Below, piece by piece: positions 63,840-64,000 of a stretch of DNA of 64,000 bases. The stretch's first letter is position 1. Each line of letters opens with the position of its first letter. Under the pieces are notes generated by a model. The model was not told the DNA's origin and did not search any database. It worked only from the letters and a program-made list of their open reading frames with translations. A program made the position numbers and the translations under genes. This DNA is from Polyangia bacterium (GTDB taxonomy: Bacteria; Myxococcota_A; Polyangia; Fen-1088), in assembly GCA_038257535.1 (NCBI GenBank), contig JBBSJE010000003.1, positions 1,436 to 65,435 of the forward strand. The letters run 5' to 3'.

Positions 63840-64000
63840 GTCGAGGTGCTTGTTTTACCCTTCCTTGAAACTATAAAGGAAACCATAAAGCTTATCGCTG
63901 CCGATTGGCGATCTTTTTTACCCGTAAAAAATGCGCGGTTTGTTTCGCCGCGATACTCTGGAGCGGCTTTCATGTTGCCATCCTCCTTGCCCGCGCCGCT

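Noticed and set aside
63972-64000. Possible start of a plus-strand gene (ATG TTG CCA TCC TCC TTG CCC GCG CCG) at the window edge
   Set aside because: Only 9 codons are visible, which is too little to support a call.

Overview
This is a 64-kb, gene-dense stretch of a high-GC bacterial chromosome. One hand-counted 100-nt sample inside a typical gene (20521-20620) has 67 G+C. The protein repertoire looks Myxococcota-like, which is inference only: an FHA/GAF class III cyclase, two ECF sigma/anti-sigma pairs, exported CHAT, caspase-like and giant S8 proteases, a short-repeat RCC1 lipoprotein, Cys-rich lipoproteins, PilZ, and DUF1501/DUF1552-type proteins. I call 47 protein genes, one tRNA-Leu(CAG), a VapBC toxin-antitoxin cassette with its own AT-rich promoter, a few hairpin terminators and several short in-frame tandem repeats. 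I saw no rRNA, CRISPR array, transposase or integrase. Recognisable housekeeping genes are glnS, class I DAHP synthase, dapA-dapB, murQ, ribF, an orphan pntAA, an A-type Fe-S carrier, a rhodanese-MoeB fusion, a GlcD-like oxidase and NhaD. Two regions deserve a second look. (i) At 10.9-20.5 kb, six co-directional minus-strand genes place an FHA-GAF nucleotide cyclase next to two CPA2-fold membrane proteins and an MscS-like channel. One CPA2-fold protein is a 1406-aa fusion to a long helical region and a P-loop NTPase whose Walker-A lysine is arginine. (ii) At 32.4-50.4 kb, an exported-protease island is bracketed by two ECF sigma/anti-sigma pairs, each followed by a caspase-superfamily protease: a TPR-CHAT lipoprotein, and a C14 caspase fused to an outer-membrane-type beta-barrel. 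Between them lie two paralogous giant S8 peptidases, two Cys-rich lipoproteins and the RCC1-repeat lipoprotein. All functional calls rest on motif recognition by eye from the supplied translations and my own reverse-strand translation. No database search or structure prediction was possible, so novelty claims are hypotheses.
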